Source of the DNA: Oligoflexales bacterium
Lineage (GTDB): Bacteria; Bdellovibrionota_B; Oligoflexia; Oligoflexales; CAIYRB01
Assembly: GCA_041736175.1 (NCBI GenBank)
Contig: JBGSUI010000241.1
Span: forward strand, 1 to 53,400
Reading direction: 5' to 3'
Length of the DNA: 53,400 bases
The translations under genes and the position numbers were made by a program. Every line of letters starts with the position of its first letter. Within the stretch, counting starts at the first letter, position 1. Positions 19,000 through 28,800 of the stretch are shown piece by piece. The notes under the pieces are model-generated. The model was not told the origin of the DNA. It worked only from the letters and a program-made list of their open reading frames with translations, and ran no database searches.

Positions 19000-19356
19000 A
19001 TGGTAGAAATTTTTTTTGAAAGGTCTGTTGTGTCGAGTCCAAAAACCGAAAGTCGCTCGATTCGAGAACTCTGCGATGCAGTCAACCAGCTCCAGTCCCC
19101 AGAGGAAGTGAAAAGATTTTTGATGGATCTCTGCACACCGATGGAACTCGCTGCTATGGCCGATCGCTGGCGCGTCGCACGGCTTGTTTCCAAGCAAATT
19201 CCTTACCGAAAAATCTACGAAAAAACCGGTATCAGCACCGCGACCATCACCCGCGTCGCTCGCAGTGTGGCCCGTGGTGAGGGGGGTTACCAACTCCTTT
19301 TGGGGCGCATCGCTGAATCGTCGAAACAATCAGGTCCAGAGGAGATAGAAGAATGA
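19000..19356 (+). CDS. YerC/YecD family TrpR-related repressor, probable his regulator
   Basis: FLMDLCTPMELAAMADRWRVA, YRKIYEKTGISTATITRVARS. ATGA overlap with hisG. Alternative GTG start at 19030. Confidence 0.9.
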   Translation: MVEIFFERSVVSSPKTESRSIRELCDAVNQLQSPEEVKRFLMDLCTPMELAAMADRWRVARLVSKQIPYRKIYEKTGISTATITRVARSVARGEGGYQLLLGRIAESSKQSGPEEIEE

Positions 19357-20237
19357 CATCCGGACAAAGAATCAGAATCGGGCTCCAAAAATCAGGGCGC
19401 CTAGCAGACCTATCCCGCGACCTCCTGACGCGAGCTGGGATTCACTGTGAATGGCGTTTAGGTCGACTTGATACGCGGTCTCTGGATTTTCCCCTAGACC
19501 TTATGTTGGTGCGGGATGACGATATCCCCCGGTACGTGGCCGAAGGTGTTTGCGCCTTAGGTATCGTTGGCCAAAACATGGTGATCGAAAGTTTAAACGG
19601 CAGGCTCGATGATGTGGAAGTCGTCCAAAAGCTAGGTTTTGGGCAGTGTCGGCTCGCCTTGGCTGTCCCTGAAAAAAGTAGTGTGCAGTCCATAGACGAC
19701 CTTCGGGGTCTGCGTATTGCCACCTCGTATCCAACATCGACGGCAGCTTTCTTGAGAGAGATGGGCCTCACCTGCACCTTGGTCAAACTTGGTGGCAGTG
19801 TCGAAATCGCTCCGGCTATGGGAATCGCCGATGGCGTATGTGATCTTGTTTCGAGTGGCGCAACCTTGACCACCCATCGGTTGCGAGAGATTGCCACCAT
19901 CTTTGAAAGTGAAGCGGTGCTTATCAAAACCCGACGTCCCCTCTCCGGAGACTCGGAAACAACCATCCGCCGCTTTGTCGAGCGCACCTCAGGAGTGCAG
20001 CGGGCTGAAAAGTCTAAATACATCATGATGAATGCACCGCGAGATTCCATCGAAACCATTCGCACCTTGATACCAGGTCTCGAAAACCCCACAGTGATGC
20101 CTCTTTGGCTTGACAGCCAGAGGGTGGCAATCCATGCAGTCGCACCAGAGCCGATTTTTTGGGAGACCATTGAGCAGCTTAAAGCAGCAGGAGCGTCGTC
20201 CATCCTTGTCGTACCGATCGAAAAAATCATCAGTTAG
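19353..20237 (+). CDS. hisG: ATP phosphoribosyltransferase, long form
   Basis: LQKSGRL, VRDDDIP, IATSYP, GSVEIAP, DLVSSGATL and the C-terminal regulatory domain. Confidence 0.95.
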   Translation: MTSGQRIRIGLQKSGRLADLSRDLLTRAGIHCEWRLGRLDTRSLDFPLDLMLVRDDDIPRYVAEGVCALGIVGQNMVIESLNGRLDDVEVVQKLGFGQCRLALAVPEKSSVQSIDDLRGLRIATSYPTSTAAFLREMGLTCTLVKLGGSVEIAPAMGIADGVCDLVSSGATLTTHRLREIATIFESEAVLIKTRRPLSGDSETTIRRFVERTSGVQRAEKSKYIMMNAPRDSIETIRTLIPGLENPTVMPLWLDSQRVAIHAVAPEPIFWETIEQLKAAGASSILVVPIEKIIS

Positions 20238-20302
20238 ATTTTCGACACATAAACTACCGTGCTTGCTTGCCTTGTAGCACACTTTTAACGACTGAGGAAC
20301 CC

Positions 20303-22786
20303 GTGTCCGTAGCAACTCTATCCCCATTCTCCACAGGATTATTGACCCTTGGACCCTGGCGCCAGTTAGATCCTAGCATCAAAATCTCTGCCCTAAAACG
20401 CCCCCAAAAGACTGGTCTGCTCGACCCTACAGAGTCGGTCAAAGCCATCATTGCTAAGGTTCGTCAAGAGGGCGACAGGGCCCTGCGTACCTATGGGATC
20501 TTATTTGATCGGTGGCAAGGAAGTTGGATCGAAGACCCCCTCGAAGTCCCTCAAAAACTCTGGAGCCAGGCTCTCCAAAAAATCACCCCAGCCCAACTCC
20601 AAGCCATGGAACGGGCCGCTGATCAGATCCGCAGGTTTCACGAAGCCCAGGCTCCCAAAGACTACCAGATGACCGTATCCCCAGGGATCATCTGTGGACG
20701 GCGCCTGCGTCCCATCGAAGCTGTGGGTATCTACGTCCCTGCTGGCCACGCACCCTTACCCTCATCTCTGCTGATGGCGGCCGTGCCTGCGCGGATTGCC
20801 GGGTGCAAACAGAGAATAGTTTGCACACCCGCTAGGCCAGATGGCACCGTCCACCCAGGGATCTTGGCTGCAGCGGCAGTCGCCGAGGTCACAGCACTCT
20901 ACCGAGTCGGTGGAGCCCACAGCATTGCGGCCATGGCCTATGGTACCGGCGAGATTCCTAAGGTCGACAAGATTTTCGGCCCAGGAAACTCCTATGTGAC
21001 GGCGGCAAAAATCTGGTGTTCCCTGGACCCCATGGGGGCTGCCCTTGATATGCCCGCTGGCCCCTCCGAAGTGATGGTGGTTGCCGATGCCACGGCCCGT
21101 CCCGAGTTTGTAGCCGCAGATCTCTTATCCCAAGCGGAGCATGGAACCGATTCCCATGTGGTGCTCGTTGTTAGGGAGTTGTCGCTGGAAGCTCCCATAG
21201 TCGCAGCTCTTGAAAACCAGCTGCGCTGGCTTGAGTCTGAATGCCCCGACTCGTTTTTACGGGCAAGGGCAAGCCTTAACGCGGGAGTGGTCCTCTATGC
21301 AGACGATGAGGAAAGCTGCCTTGACATCATCAATCGCTATGCCCCTGAGCATTTGATCCTCCAGGTCAAAGATCCCTCAAAGCTTGCGGACAAGGTCTCC
21401 CACGCGGGATCAATCTTTCTAGGTTTATGGACCCCAGAGTCTTTAGGGGACTACGCCAGCGGAACCAACCATGTTCTCCCCACTTACGGAACAGCTCGGA
21501 GTTTGAGCGGACTGGGTCTCGAAGCTTTTTTTAAATCCACAACGATCCAGGAAGCAACCCCCGAGGGGCTCTTGGATCTAGGCCCCACCGTCCTGGAGCT
21601 GGCTGGTCTTGAAGGCTTGGCGGCCCATGGAGAGGCGGTCCGGATCAGACTGAAGTCACTCGCCGAGGAAGGCTCGCAGCCAATGCAGACTCCGTCTTCG
21701 AGGACACCTCATGTGTGGACACCGTGGGAGCTTGCACGACCGTCGGTGAAATCCATGGTGGGTTACCAGTCGGCGCGCAGCCTTCAAGCCATGTCCCAAG
21801 ACCAAAGCTACCTTGATGCCAACGAGTTTCCGTGGGATCCCATCGACGGACGGGTGCTTGGGATCAACCGTTATCCAGATCCCCAGCCCCGGGAGTTGAC
21901 CGAATTTTTGGCCAATTTTTATGGGGTCAACCCCCAAAACCTTATGGTCACCGCCGGAGCAGACCAGGGGATCGACGTCCTCATCAGAGCCTTTTGTGAG
22001 GCTTTTCAAAATAAAATTTTGATCACCCCGCCCACCTATGGCTACTATGAAGTGTGCGCCGCCCTCCAAGGATGCAGCGTCGTCCGGGTGCCCTTGGTGG
22101 TCGAGGGAGTGGAATTTAAATTAGACTCGGGGGGCATCCAGACGGCGGTCTCCACTGCTAAAGACAGAGAGATTAAACTTGTTTTTATCTGTAGCCCCAA
22201 CAACCCCACCGGCATGGGCTTTGGCGCCCCTGAGCTACGCTCCTTGGCCCAAAACCTGGCTCCTCACGCTCTCTTGGTGGTCGACGAGGCCTATCTGGAG
22301 TTTACAGACAAACCGTCGGTGGCCAGCCTGGTCGAAACCGAGCCAAATCTTGTGGTCCTCAGAACCCTCTCAAAGGCCTTTGGCTTGGCGGGGCTCAGAA
22401 TTGGGTCGCTGATAGCCCACTCAAGTGTCATTAAAGGCCTGCAATCCGTCAGGCCACCCTACCCCCTCAGCCAGGCCTCCGTCGACCAGGCCCTGAGGTC
22501 CCTCAACACCGCCCACCTCACCCAAGCCATCCAAGGCAATACCCAGAGACGCGAGCTTTTAAGATTCGTCTTAGAGCAGTCCAGCCTCGTGGAAGAGGTT
22601 TTCCCATCTGAAACCAATTTTCTCCTGGTCCGCTGTCGTAACTCCTCCGACCTTCTCCGTCGCTCTTCCATCAACCACTTAGTCATCAGGGACCGCAGCG
22701 GCGAACCAAATCTTCAAAACTGCGTTCGTATCACCGTTGGATCACCACAAGAGATCCTCCAGCTTAAGAAGGCGCTGCAACCATGA
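20303..22786 (+). CDS. hisD-hisC: Fused histidinol dehydrogenase / histidinol-phosphate aminotransferase
   Basis: HisD: GIYVPAG, DKIFGPGN, DMPAGPSE, DLLSQAEH, APEHL, GDYASGTNHVLPT. HisC: LDANE, NRYPDP, CSPNNPTG, VDEAYLEF, LRTLSKAFGLAGLRIG. No intervening stop. Start GTG 20303 (SD GAGG) or TTG 20267. Confidence 0.9.
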   Translation: MSVATLSPFSTGLLTLGPWRQLDPSIKISALKRPQKTGLLDPTESVKAIIAKVRQEGDRALRTYGILFDRWQGSWIEDPLEVPQKLWSQALQKITPAQLQAMERAADQIRRFHEAQAPKDYQMTVSPGIICGRRLRPIEAVGIYVPAGHAPLPSSLLMAAVPARIAGCKQRIVCTPARPDGTVHPGILAAAAVAEVTALYRVGGAHSIAAMAYGTGEIPKVDKIFGPGNSYVTAAKIWCSLDPMGAALDMPAGPSEVMVVADATARPEFVAADLLSQAEHGTDSHVVLVVRELSLEAPIVAALENQLRWLESECPDSFLRARASLNAGVVLYADDEESCLDIINRYAPEHLILQVKDPSKLADKVSHAGSIFLGLWTPESLGDYASGTNHVLPTYGTARSLSGLGLEAFFKSTTIQEATPEGLLDLGPTVLELAGLEGLAAHGEAVRIRLKSLAEEGSQPMQTPSSRTPHVWTPWELARPSVKSMVGYQSARSLQAMSQDQSYLDANEFPWDPIDGRVLGINRYPDPQPRELTEFLANFYGVNPQNLMVTAGADQGIDVLIRAFCEAFQNKILITPPTYGYYEVCAALQGCSVVRVPLVVEGVEFKLDSGGIQTAVSTAKDREIKLVFICSPNNPTGMGFGAPELRSLAQNLAPHALLVVDEAYLEFTDKPSVASLVETEPNLVVLRTLSKAFGLAGLRIGSLIAHSSVIKGLQSVRPPYPLSQASVDQALRSLNTAHLTQAIQGNTQRRELLRFVLEQSSLVEEVFPSETNFLLVRCRNSSDLLRRSSINHLVIRDRSGEPNLQNCVRITVGSPQEILQLKKALQP

Positions 22787-23940
22787 GACCTACTCTGATC
22801 ATCGATTGGCAGGCTCTTTTATCCGATGACCCAGATCAAGCTCCCGCGACGAGCAGCCGCCTAGCCCGAGACGTGATACCTGCCTTGAGGATGGTCCAAG
22901 GATTTGGCTACCAACTGCGCCTCCTCCCCCCTTGCCTTGAAGATAGCAAAACAAACATTTGTGACCTTTGGTCTTGGGCCCAAAGCTTGCTCTCCTCCCA
23001 GGGGATTGTCTTGGAGGAGACTTGGGCAAACAGCACCGATCTCCCACTGAAACCAGCCACAGATTGGGTTTTGGAAATTCTGCGACGAGAAGTTGTAAAG
23101 CCGACGATCAAAATTCGGGGGAATCCCTCGTCGGTCATTGGCAGTAGCGTCTTGGCACAAAAGCTAGCGACTATCCTTCAGCTCCAGCTTTTAGAAGCCC
23201 CTCCTTGGATGACCACCGCACAACATCTATGCATCTCACCGCGGATGGGTCAAAGATTTAGGAAAACCAAAGAGACAACCCTTGAAATCCAGGTCAACCT
23301 CGACGGTCGTCCCGAGGATTCTCGAGTCGCCACGGGCCTAGGGTTTTTCGACCATATGCTAAGCCAAATCAGCCGCCACGGTGGATTTGAAATGATCGTA
23401 AACGCCACCGGCGATCTAGAAGTAGACGAGCACCATCTGGTCGAAGACACGGCTCTAGCCCTTGGGGCAGCCATCAACGAGGCCCTAGGGGACCTGCGCA
23501 GCACCGCGCGCTATGGTTTTATCCTACCGATGGATGAATCCTTGGCCTTTTGCGCCATCGATCTAGGAGGGCGCCCCCATCTGGAGTTTAGGGGAGACTG
23601 CTTTGTCCCCGAAAGAGGCTCCATCCAGGGCTCCGTAGGACATCTTAGCCTCGAAATGATCCCCCATTTTTTCCATAGTCTCAGCCAATCCCTTAAGGCA
23701 ACCATCCACCTGGGAGTCAAGGGGACCAATCGTCACCATCAAGTGGAAGCTCTCTTTAAGGCTTTCGGTCGCGCCCTTGGTCAGGGAATCAAGCGGGAGC
23801 ACCGACTCTCGCCACCTACTGAGACCTTAGGACAAAAAGATGCGGGGGACCAATGGTCTCTCTTTTGTGCTGAGGTGGGCTGGAGCACAGGGGTGCCCTC
23901 TACAAAAGGTAGTTTAAGGGAGGAAAATCAGAATCAATGA
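22783..23940 (+). CDS. hisB: Imidazoleglycerol-phosphate dehydratase with degenerate N-terminal phosphatase domain
   Basis: RKTKET, TGLGFFDHML, GDLEVDEHHLVED, PMDESLA, NRHHQVEALFKAFGRAL, PSTKG. The N-terminal HAD motif reads IDWQAL. Confidence 0.9.
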   Translation: MRPTLIIDWQALLSDDPDQAPATSSRLARDVIPALRMVQGFGYQLRLLPPCLEDSKTNICDLWSWAQSLLSSQGIVLEETWANSTDLPLKPATDWVLEILRREVVKPTIKIRGNPSSVIGSSVLAQKLATILQLQLLEAPPWMTTAQHLCISPRMGQRFRKTKETTLEIQVNLDGRPEDSRVATGLGFFDHMLSQISRHGGFEMIVNATGDLEVDEHHLVEDTALALGAAINEALGDLRSTARYGFILPMDESLAFCAIDLGGRPHLEFRGDCFVPERGSIQGSVGHLSLEMIPHFFHSLSQSLKATIHLGVKGTNRHHQVEALFKAFGRALGQGIKREHRLSPPTETLGQKDAGDQWSLFCAEVGWSTGVPSTKGSLREENQNQ

Positions 23941-24611
23941 AAACAGACCCCACCCAAAAGATCCCACTCACCCACGCCGTAGGTGTCGTCGACGCCTGTG
24001 GCGGAAATCTAACCTCTCTGACCGAGGCCCTTTGGCGTCTGGAAAAACCCTTTGTGGTCAGCTCCGATCCCGATGAGTTACGGGGGGTTGAGAGGTTGAT
24101 CCTCCCCGGTGTGGGGGCTGCTCGGGAAACCATGGAGCGGCTAGCCCAAGCCGGGCTTGTGGGATTTTTGCAGGATTGGACCAGACCGCTGCTCGGCATC
24201 TGCATCGGCATGCAGATCCTTTTTGAAACCTCCGACGAGGGCGCTGTTTTAGCAGGTCCAGACCCCCTACCCGTTCCTCAACCTGTTCCTCTACTGGGTC
24301 TGATACCAGGCCGGATCACGGCCCTTAAACCGACGCCTCAGGCTCGGGTTCCTCATATGGGATGGAATCAGGTCCGTTGGCTCTCTAAAGCACTGCGGAC
24401 GCCCTGTTTCGAAGGACCGCAGGAGGACGACATTTTTTATTTTGTCCATTCCTACCAAGCCCCCGATGGACCGTGGGTCGTGGGAGTCACCGACCACGGA
24501 TCCCAGGTGCCTGCTGCAGTTCAGTGGAAAAACCTCTATGGAGTGCAGTTTCATCCCGAAAAATCCCAGCATGCTGGGCGTACACTCTTAAGGAACTTTT
24601 TAAACCTATGA
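23937..24611 (+). CDS. hisH: Imidazole glycerol phosphate synthase, glutaminase subunit
   Basis: LILPGVG, GICIGMQ, VPHMGWN, YFVHSY, QFHPEKS. Confidence 0.95.
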   Translation: MKTDPTQKIPLTHAVGVVDACGGNLTSLTEALWRLEKPFVVSSDPDELRGVERLILPGVGAARETMERLAQAGLVGFLQDWTRPLLGICIGMQILFETSDEGAVLAGPDPLPVPQPVPLLGLIPGRITALKPTPQARVPHMGWNQVRWLSKALRTPCFEGPQEDDIFYFVHSYQAPDGPWVVGVTDHGSQVPAAVQWKNLYGVQFHPEKSQHAGRTLLRNFLNL

Positions 24612-25345
24612 TCATTTACCCTGCCATCGATCTCTTCAAGGGACAATGCGTCCGCCTTATAAAGGGTGATTTTAATCAAGTGACCGTTTACTCGAAAGAC
24701 CCGGTTAAAATCGCCTCGGATTTTGCCGACGCTGGTGCCGAGTGGCTCCATCTAGTCGATTTGGAGGGAAGCCGTTTAGGAACCTCTCAGGAGCAGGCCA
24801 TCGTAAAACGCATCTTAAGCGATGGTCGCCTTAAGGTGCAACTCGGAGGAGGCATTCGGACCCTCAAACAGGCCCAAGACTGGCTCAACCTTGGCGTAGA
24901 GCGAGTGGTCCTTGGAAGCGCCATGGTCGACACCCCCCATGAGATGCGGGCGATCCTTGAACGCCTAGGGAGCGAAGCGGTGGTTTTGGCCCTCGACGTC
25001 AAAGGCACCTTAGAGCAGGGACTTAAAACCCTGACGGTGGCCACCCAGGGGTGGACGGTCGATCACGGCCTCGATGTTTCCAGGCTCCTTAAAGACTTTC
25101 AATCCTGGGGAGGGCGTTACGTCTTAAGCACAGAGGTGGCTCGCGATGGAACCCTCGGAGGCCCGAGCGATAGTCTCTACCAGCGACTGCGTCTTGAGTT
25201 TCCTGAGATACGGCTGATTTCCTCGGGGGGAATCCGTACCGTCACAGACCTCCAAGGGCTGGGGAGTCTCGGCGTCCACGGAGCGATCGTTGGTCGCGCT
25301 CTGTATGAAGGCTCCCTTTCCCTTAAGGAGGCTTTACAATGCTAA
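24608..25345 (+). CDS. hisA: ProFAR isomerase
   Basis: [34 protein letters not shown]. Start ATG 24608 overlaps the hisH stop (ATGA). Confidence 0.95.
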   Translation: MIIYPAIDLFKGQCVRLIKGDFNQVTVYSKDPVKIASDFADAGAEWLHLVDLEGSRLGTSQEQAIVKRILSDGRLKVQLGGGIRTLKQAQDWLNLGVERVVLGSAMVDTPHEMRAILERLGSEAVVLALDVKGTLEQGLKTLTVATQGWTVDHGLDVSRLLKDFQSWGGRYVLSTEVARDGTLGGPSDSLYQRLRLEFPEIRLISSGGIRTVTDLQGLGSLGVHGAIVGRALYEGSLSLKEALQC

Positions 25346-26130
25346 GAAAAAGAATCATTCCCTGTCTTGATGTGCGGGATGGAAAGGTGGTCAAAGGCGT
25401 CCAGTTTCGCAACCACAAGATCCTAGGAGATATCCTCCCCCTTGCCGATCACTACCGAAAAGAAAACGCGGATGAGTTGGTCTTTTACGATATCACCGCC
25501 TCCACTGTAGGTCAGACCGTCGACAAGTCGTGGATTACCCAAGTTGCACGCATCCTCGATATACCTTTCTGCGTCGCCGGAGGTATCAAATCAGTGGACG
25601 ACGGAAGACGTCTATTGGAGGCTGGTGCCGATAAAATTTCGATCAACTCCAAAGCACTGGAGCGTCCGCAGCTTATCGACGACTTGGTGAAATCCATCGG
25701 CCAACAAAGCGTGGTCGTGGGCGTCGACTCCATGACAACCCCCGACGGCAAATGGGAGGTTTACCAATATACGGGAAGCGAAAAAACCATCTGCCGAGCG
25801 GGCCGAGAGACCCTCTCATGGCTAAGAGAGATCGAGTCCCGAGGAGCTGGCGAGGTGGTCTTAAACTGTATCAACCAAGACGGGATGGGTGCCGGCTATG
25901 ATATCAGACAGCTCAAACAGGCCCGTGAGCTGCTCACGATTCCACTGATTGCCTCCGGTGGGGCGGGGACGACCCAGCATTTTATCGAGGTCTTTCGTGA
26001 GGCGGACGTGGACGGTGCCCTGGCGGCCGGGGTTTTCCACCGTGGTGAAATCTCCCTAAGAACTCTTAAACAAAACCTTCACCAGGCAGGAATCCCGGTG
26101 CGCCTACCATCAAAGGAGGATTTTCAATGA
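25339..26130 (+). CDS. hisF: Imidazole glycerol phosphate synthase, cyclase subunit
   Basis: [38 protein letters not shown]. Confidence 0.96.
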   Translation: MLRKRIIPCLDVRDGKVVKGVQFRNHKILGDILPLADHYRKENADELVFYDITASTVGQTVDKSWITQVARILDIPFCVAGGIKSVDDGRRLLEAGADKISINSKALERPQLIDDLVKSIGQQSVVVGVDSMTTPDGKWEVYQYTGSEKTICRAGRETLSWLREIESRGAGEVVLNCINQDGMGAGYDIRQLKQARELLTIPLIASGGAGTTQHFIEVFREADVDGALAAGVFHRGEISLRTLKQNLHQAGIPVRLPSKEDFQ

Positions 26131-26780
26131 GTCTACAAAAAACCTCGCCAGGGACTAAGACAATATTGACCCTTGACTGGAACAAAGGCGATGGCCTCCT
26201 TCCCGCCGTCATCCAAGATCACCAAACCCTCCAAGTCCTGATGGTCGGCATGATGTCTGAGGAAAGCCTTCGCATCACTCTCGATCAGGGGTGGATCACC
26301 TTTTTTAGCCGCACGCGGCAAACCCTATGGACCAAGGGCGAGACGTCGGGACATAGGCTTCGGATGATCGACTGGGAAGTGGATTGTGATCGTGACTGTC
26401 TGCTTTTTCAGGTGGAGACCCTAGGGCCCACCTGCCATCGCAATACGAACCATTGTTTTGGTGATGGATCCTCTGCCACGGCGAGCCCCATGGTTTTAAG
26501 AGCTCTGGAAGGGCGTATCTTGGAGCGAAAATCCGGGTCAAGTCTTCAGAGTGAATCGGGTGAGTCTTACACCCAAAAGCTGCTACGGGCTGGCCCCAAA
26601 CGCTGTGCCCAAAAGGTCGGCGAAGAGGGGGTCGAGGTCGCCCTGGCTGCGGCTGCTGGGGACACCCCTGAGCTTATCAACGAAGCTGCCGACCTCCTCT
26701 ACCATCTTACGGTTACCCTGGTGAGCCGCGGGGTGTCTCTTGACGAGGTTTGCCAAGAGCTTAGGCGGCGGATGGCTTGA
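26127..26780 (+). CDS. hisIE: Bifunctional phosphoribosyl-AMP cyclohydrolase / phosphoribosyl-ATP pyrophosphatase
   Basis: [21 protein letters not shown]...CF, then [20 protein letters not shown]. Confidence 0.95.
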   Translation: MSLQKTSPGTKTILTLDWNKGDGLLPAVIQDHQTLQVLMVGMMSEESLRITLDQGWITFFSRTRQTLWTKGETSGHRLRMIDWEVDCDRDCLLFQVETLGPTCHRNTNHCFGDGSSATASPMVLRALEGRILERKSGSSLQSESGESYTQKLLRAGPKRCAQKVGEEGVEVALAAAAGDTPELINEAADLLYHLTVTLVSRGVSLDEVCQELRRRMA

Positions 26781-26803
26781 TCGATTGCTGATCGATTGAT
26801 TTA

Positions 26804-27658
26804 TCAAGGGGGGCTTTTTTTAGGGCCTGGCTTAAGGAGCATGGCTTCGTAACGAGCGTCTTCGATCTCGTCGAGGACCCCCTGGACATCCACTTTGGCA
26901 GTCGACTGGGTGATCCGACCGGTCAACTCACTCTCTGGACGGAGTTTGCCGCGCCGGTAGAGATTCCAGATTTCTTTGGGATAATCGTTAGTCCCTAAAC
27001 CTGGAGCAAAACGACTAAAAAAGGCCGATAGCTGTCTTAAGTCTCGCTCAAAAATCCCAAAGGCATTGTTAGCGGTCGCCTGGACAGCCTGGGGTAGATC
27101 GATGATCATCGGGCCATCATGGGCCAAAAGCACATTAAACTCTGAGTAGTCCCCATGGACTAAACCGGCACACAGCATGCGCACAGCTTCTCGCACGAGG
27201 AGGAGATGATAGGAACGAGCCTGCTCGGGTGTAAGATCTACATCGTTTAGCCGCGGGGCTGGCCCTCCATCAGGTCCGACGACGAGTTCCAGGATGAGTA
27301 CCCCTTCGAAGTAAGAGTAGGTCTTCGGAACCCGCACCCCTGCAGCCTCTAAAACGGCGAGGGCTTCAACCTCAGCGTTGTGCCACTCTGCTTCCCGTTC
27401 TTGCCGTCCATAACGGCTTTTGGAGCCCATAGCACGGGCTTGCCGCCCACCACGGGTGCGACGCCCTTCGGTATACTGGGTCATCTGCTTAAAGGTCCGG
27501 TGATGGGCCTCTTTATAGACCTTTGCACAGCGTAGGTCGTCACCACAGCGGACTATAAAGACTTCGGCCTCTTTGCCGCTTTGGAGCTGGCTTTGGACTT
27601 CGTCAATAATCTCAGCATCTATCAGGGGCTGGAGGCGTCGTGGAGTCCTCATCTGCAC
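26804..27658 (-). CDS. RIO1-like protein kinase (PA4780-type)
   Basis: SGKEAEVF, CAKVYK, GVRVP, GLVHGDYSEFNVL, IIDLPQAV. Confidence 0.88.
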   Translation of the reverse strand: MQMRTPRRLQPLIDAEIIDEVQSQLQSGKEAEVFIVRCGDDLRCAKVYKEAHHRTFKQMTQYTEGRRTRGGRQARAMGSKSRYGRQEREAEWHNAEVEALAVLEAAGVRVPKTYSYFEGVLILELVVGPDGGPAPRLNDVDLTPEQARSYHLLLVREAVRMLCAGLVHGDYSEFNVLLAHDGPMIIDLPQAVQATANNAFGIFERDLRQLSAFFSRFAPGLGTNDYPKEIWNLYRRGKLRPESELTGRITQSTAKVDVQGVLDEIEDARYEAMLLKPGPKKSPP

Positions 27659-27789
27659 CTCCTGCTTCCCTGGGAGGTCTGGCAGTCGGTTGCAATCTCA
27701 GCGGTCACGATATTTTACCTCCCTATGAAAGAGACTTTTACAAGGCTGCATAGTGTCCCATAGGGGGCTCACTTAGGCAAGCCGCTATT

Positions 27790-28539
27790 TTATGGAAGTC
27801 TGGCCTGAGCGTACCCGGAGTCCACATGGGTTGGGAATCCTAGGGCATGCCATAACGATCCATGAATATCGATGGTAGCGTCCCCTTTTCGGCAGGGATT
27901 ACCTTTACCTCCAAGATAGTGGGGGTGATTTGGAAGATCCTTAATGGCATTGTTCCAGTGGTTTTGGGGGCACACATCATAGATGACCGCCGGTAGTTCA
28001 ATATTTGCTCCGGGCGTGGAGTAGCCTGCGATCACATAGCTGTGGGCATTGATTAAAACAGGCATGCCACATACATTTGAGTTTTTAAGGGCAAGTGTGC
28101 ATGCTGGTTCGTTCAGATGCCAGGTCCCTTTGATCAACTGAAAGGTTTGGGGGAATTTACTAAACACATTTTGGATCATTTGGTCTTTCGTCATCGTCGC
28201 AAGCCAATGGTTTTTTTCCCATCGTGGTGCATCAAAGTTAATGGGTTGCCATGAATCTGGACAGGAGATACTGACACCTATAGCTTTTAAAAGCGGAGAA
28301 TCTTCGCTAAGGGCGATAAGAGCATTGTCCGCTGGTTTTGGTGAGATACCGTTACAGGAAAAACTGAAAGATTCCTCGTAGCGAGTGGCGTGAAAAAGCG
28401 GTCCTCCACTCGCAGGAGCTTCAGCAATACTCGCAGGATCTTCAGCAACATCAGACAACGAAGATGTAAGTGTAGGTTTACAGGCAAATGTGAGCGCGCA
28501 AATAAGTCCAAACTGCAACATGTGAATCACATAATTCAT
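27790..28539 (-). CDS. Lipoprotein with probable double-psi beta-barrel (RlpA/expansin-like) domain
   Basis: Lipobox LTFAC; DPBB-type motifs ATRY, IALS, CG, IYDVCP, IDIH...LG separated by insertions. Confidence 0.55.
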   Translation of the reverse strand: MNYVIHMLQFGLICALTFACKPTLTSSLSDVAEDPASIAEAPASGGPLFHATRYEESFSFSCNGISPKPADNALIALSEDSPLLKAIGVSISCPDSWQPINFDAPRWEKNHWLATMTKDQMIQNVFSKFPQTFQLIKGTWHLNEPACTLALKNSNVCGMPVLINAHSYVIAGYSTPGANIELPAVIYDVCPQNHWNNAIKDLPNHPHYLGGKGNPCRKGDATIDIHGSLWHALGFPTHVDSGYAQARLP

Positions 28540-28757
28540 AGAAACTCCAAATAACTTAAATTTATGACAATCTGTTTATATTGTGTGCAAGATTGACACC
28601 ACAAAATGATCCAAAGAAAACAGTGACTTTATATTGGAAAATTTGTTGGTATTTTTGACGATGTCAAAGCTATAGACATCGCTTAATCCCGCTTTCCAAC
28701 GCAAACAGTCCGTGTTGCATTAAATATTTCCTAGATAATCCCTTGCAAAACCTGTAT

Positions 28758-28784
28758 AAGTCGGCTCGTAGACCAGACCCCTTG
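28758..28784 (-). promoter_or_regulatory. Weak sigma28-like promoter
   Basis: Minus strand CAAG-N15-GCCGACTT, about 220 nt upstream of the DPBB gene. Confidence 0.3.
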
Positions 28785-28800
28785 GTCTGTCTAAAACCAT

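Noticed and set aside
24473..24607. 45-aa N-terminal extension of HisA; similar extensions on MTAP, Tex, the AAA_14 protein and the LEA protein
   Set aside because: Longest-ORF artefacts; family-typical starts lie downstream.
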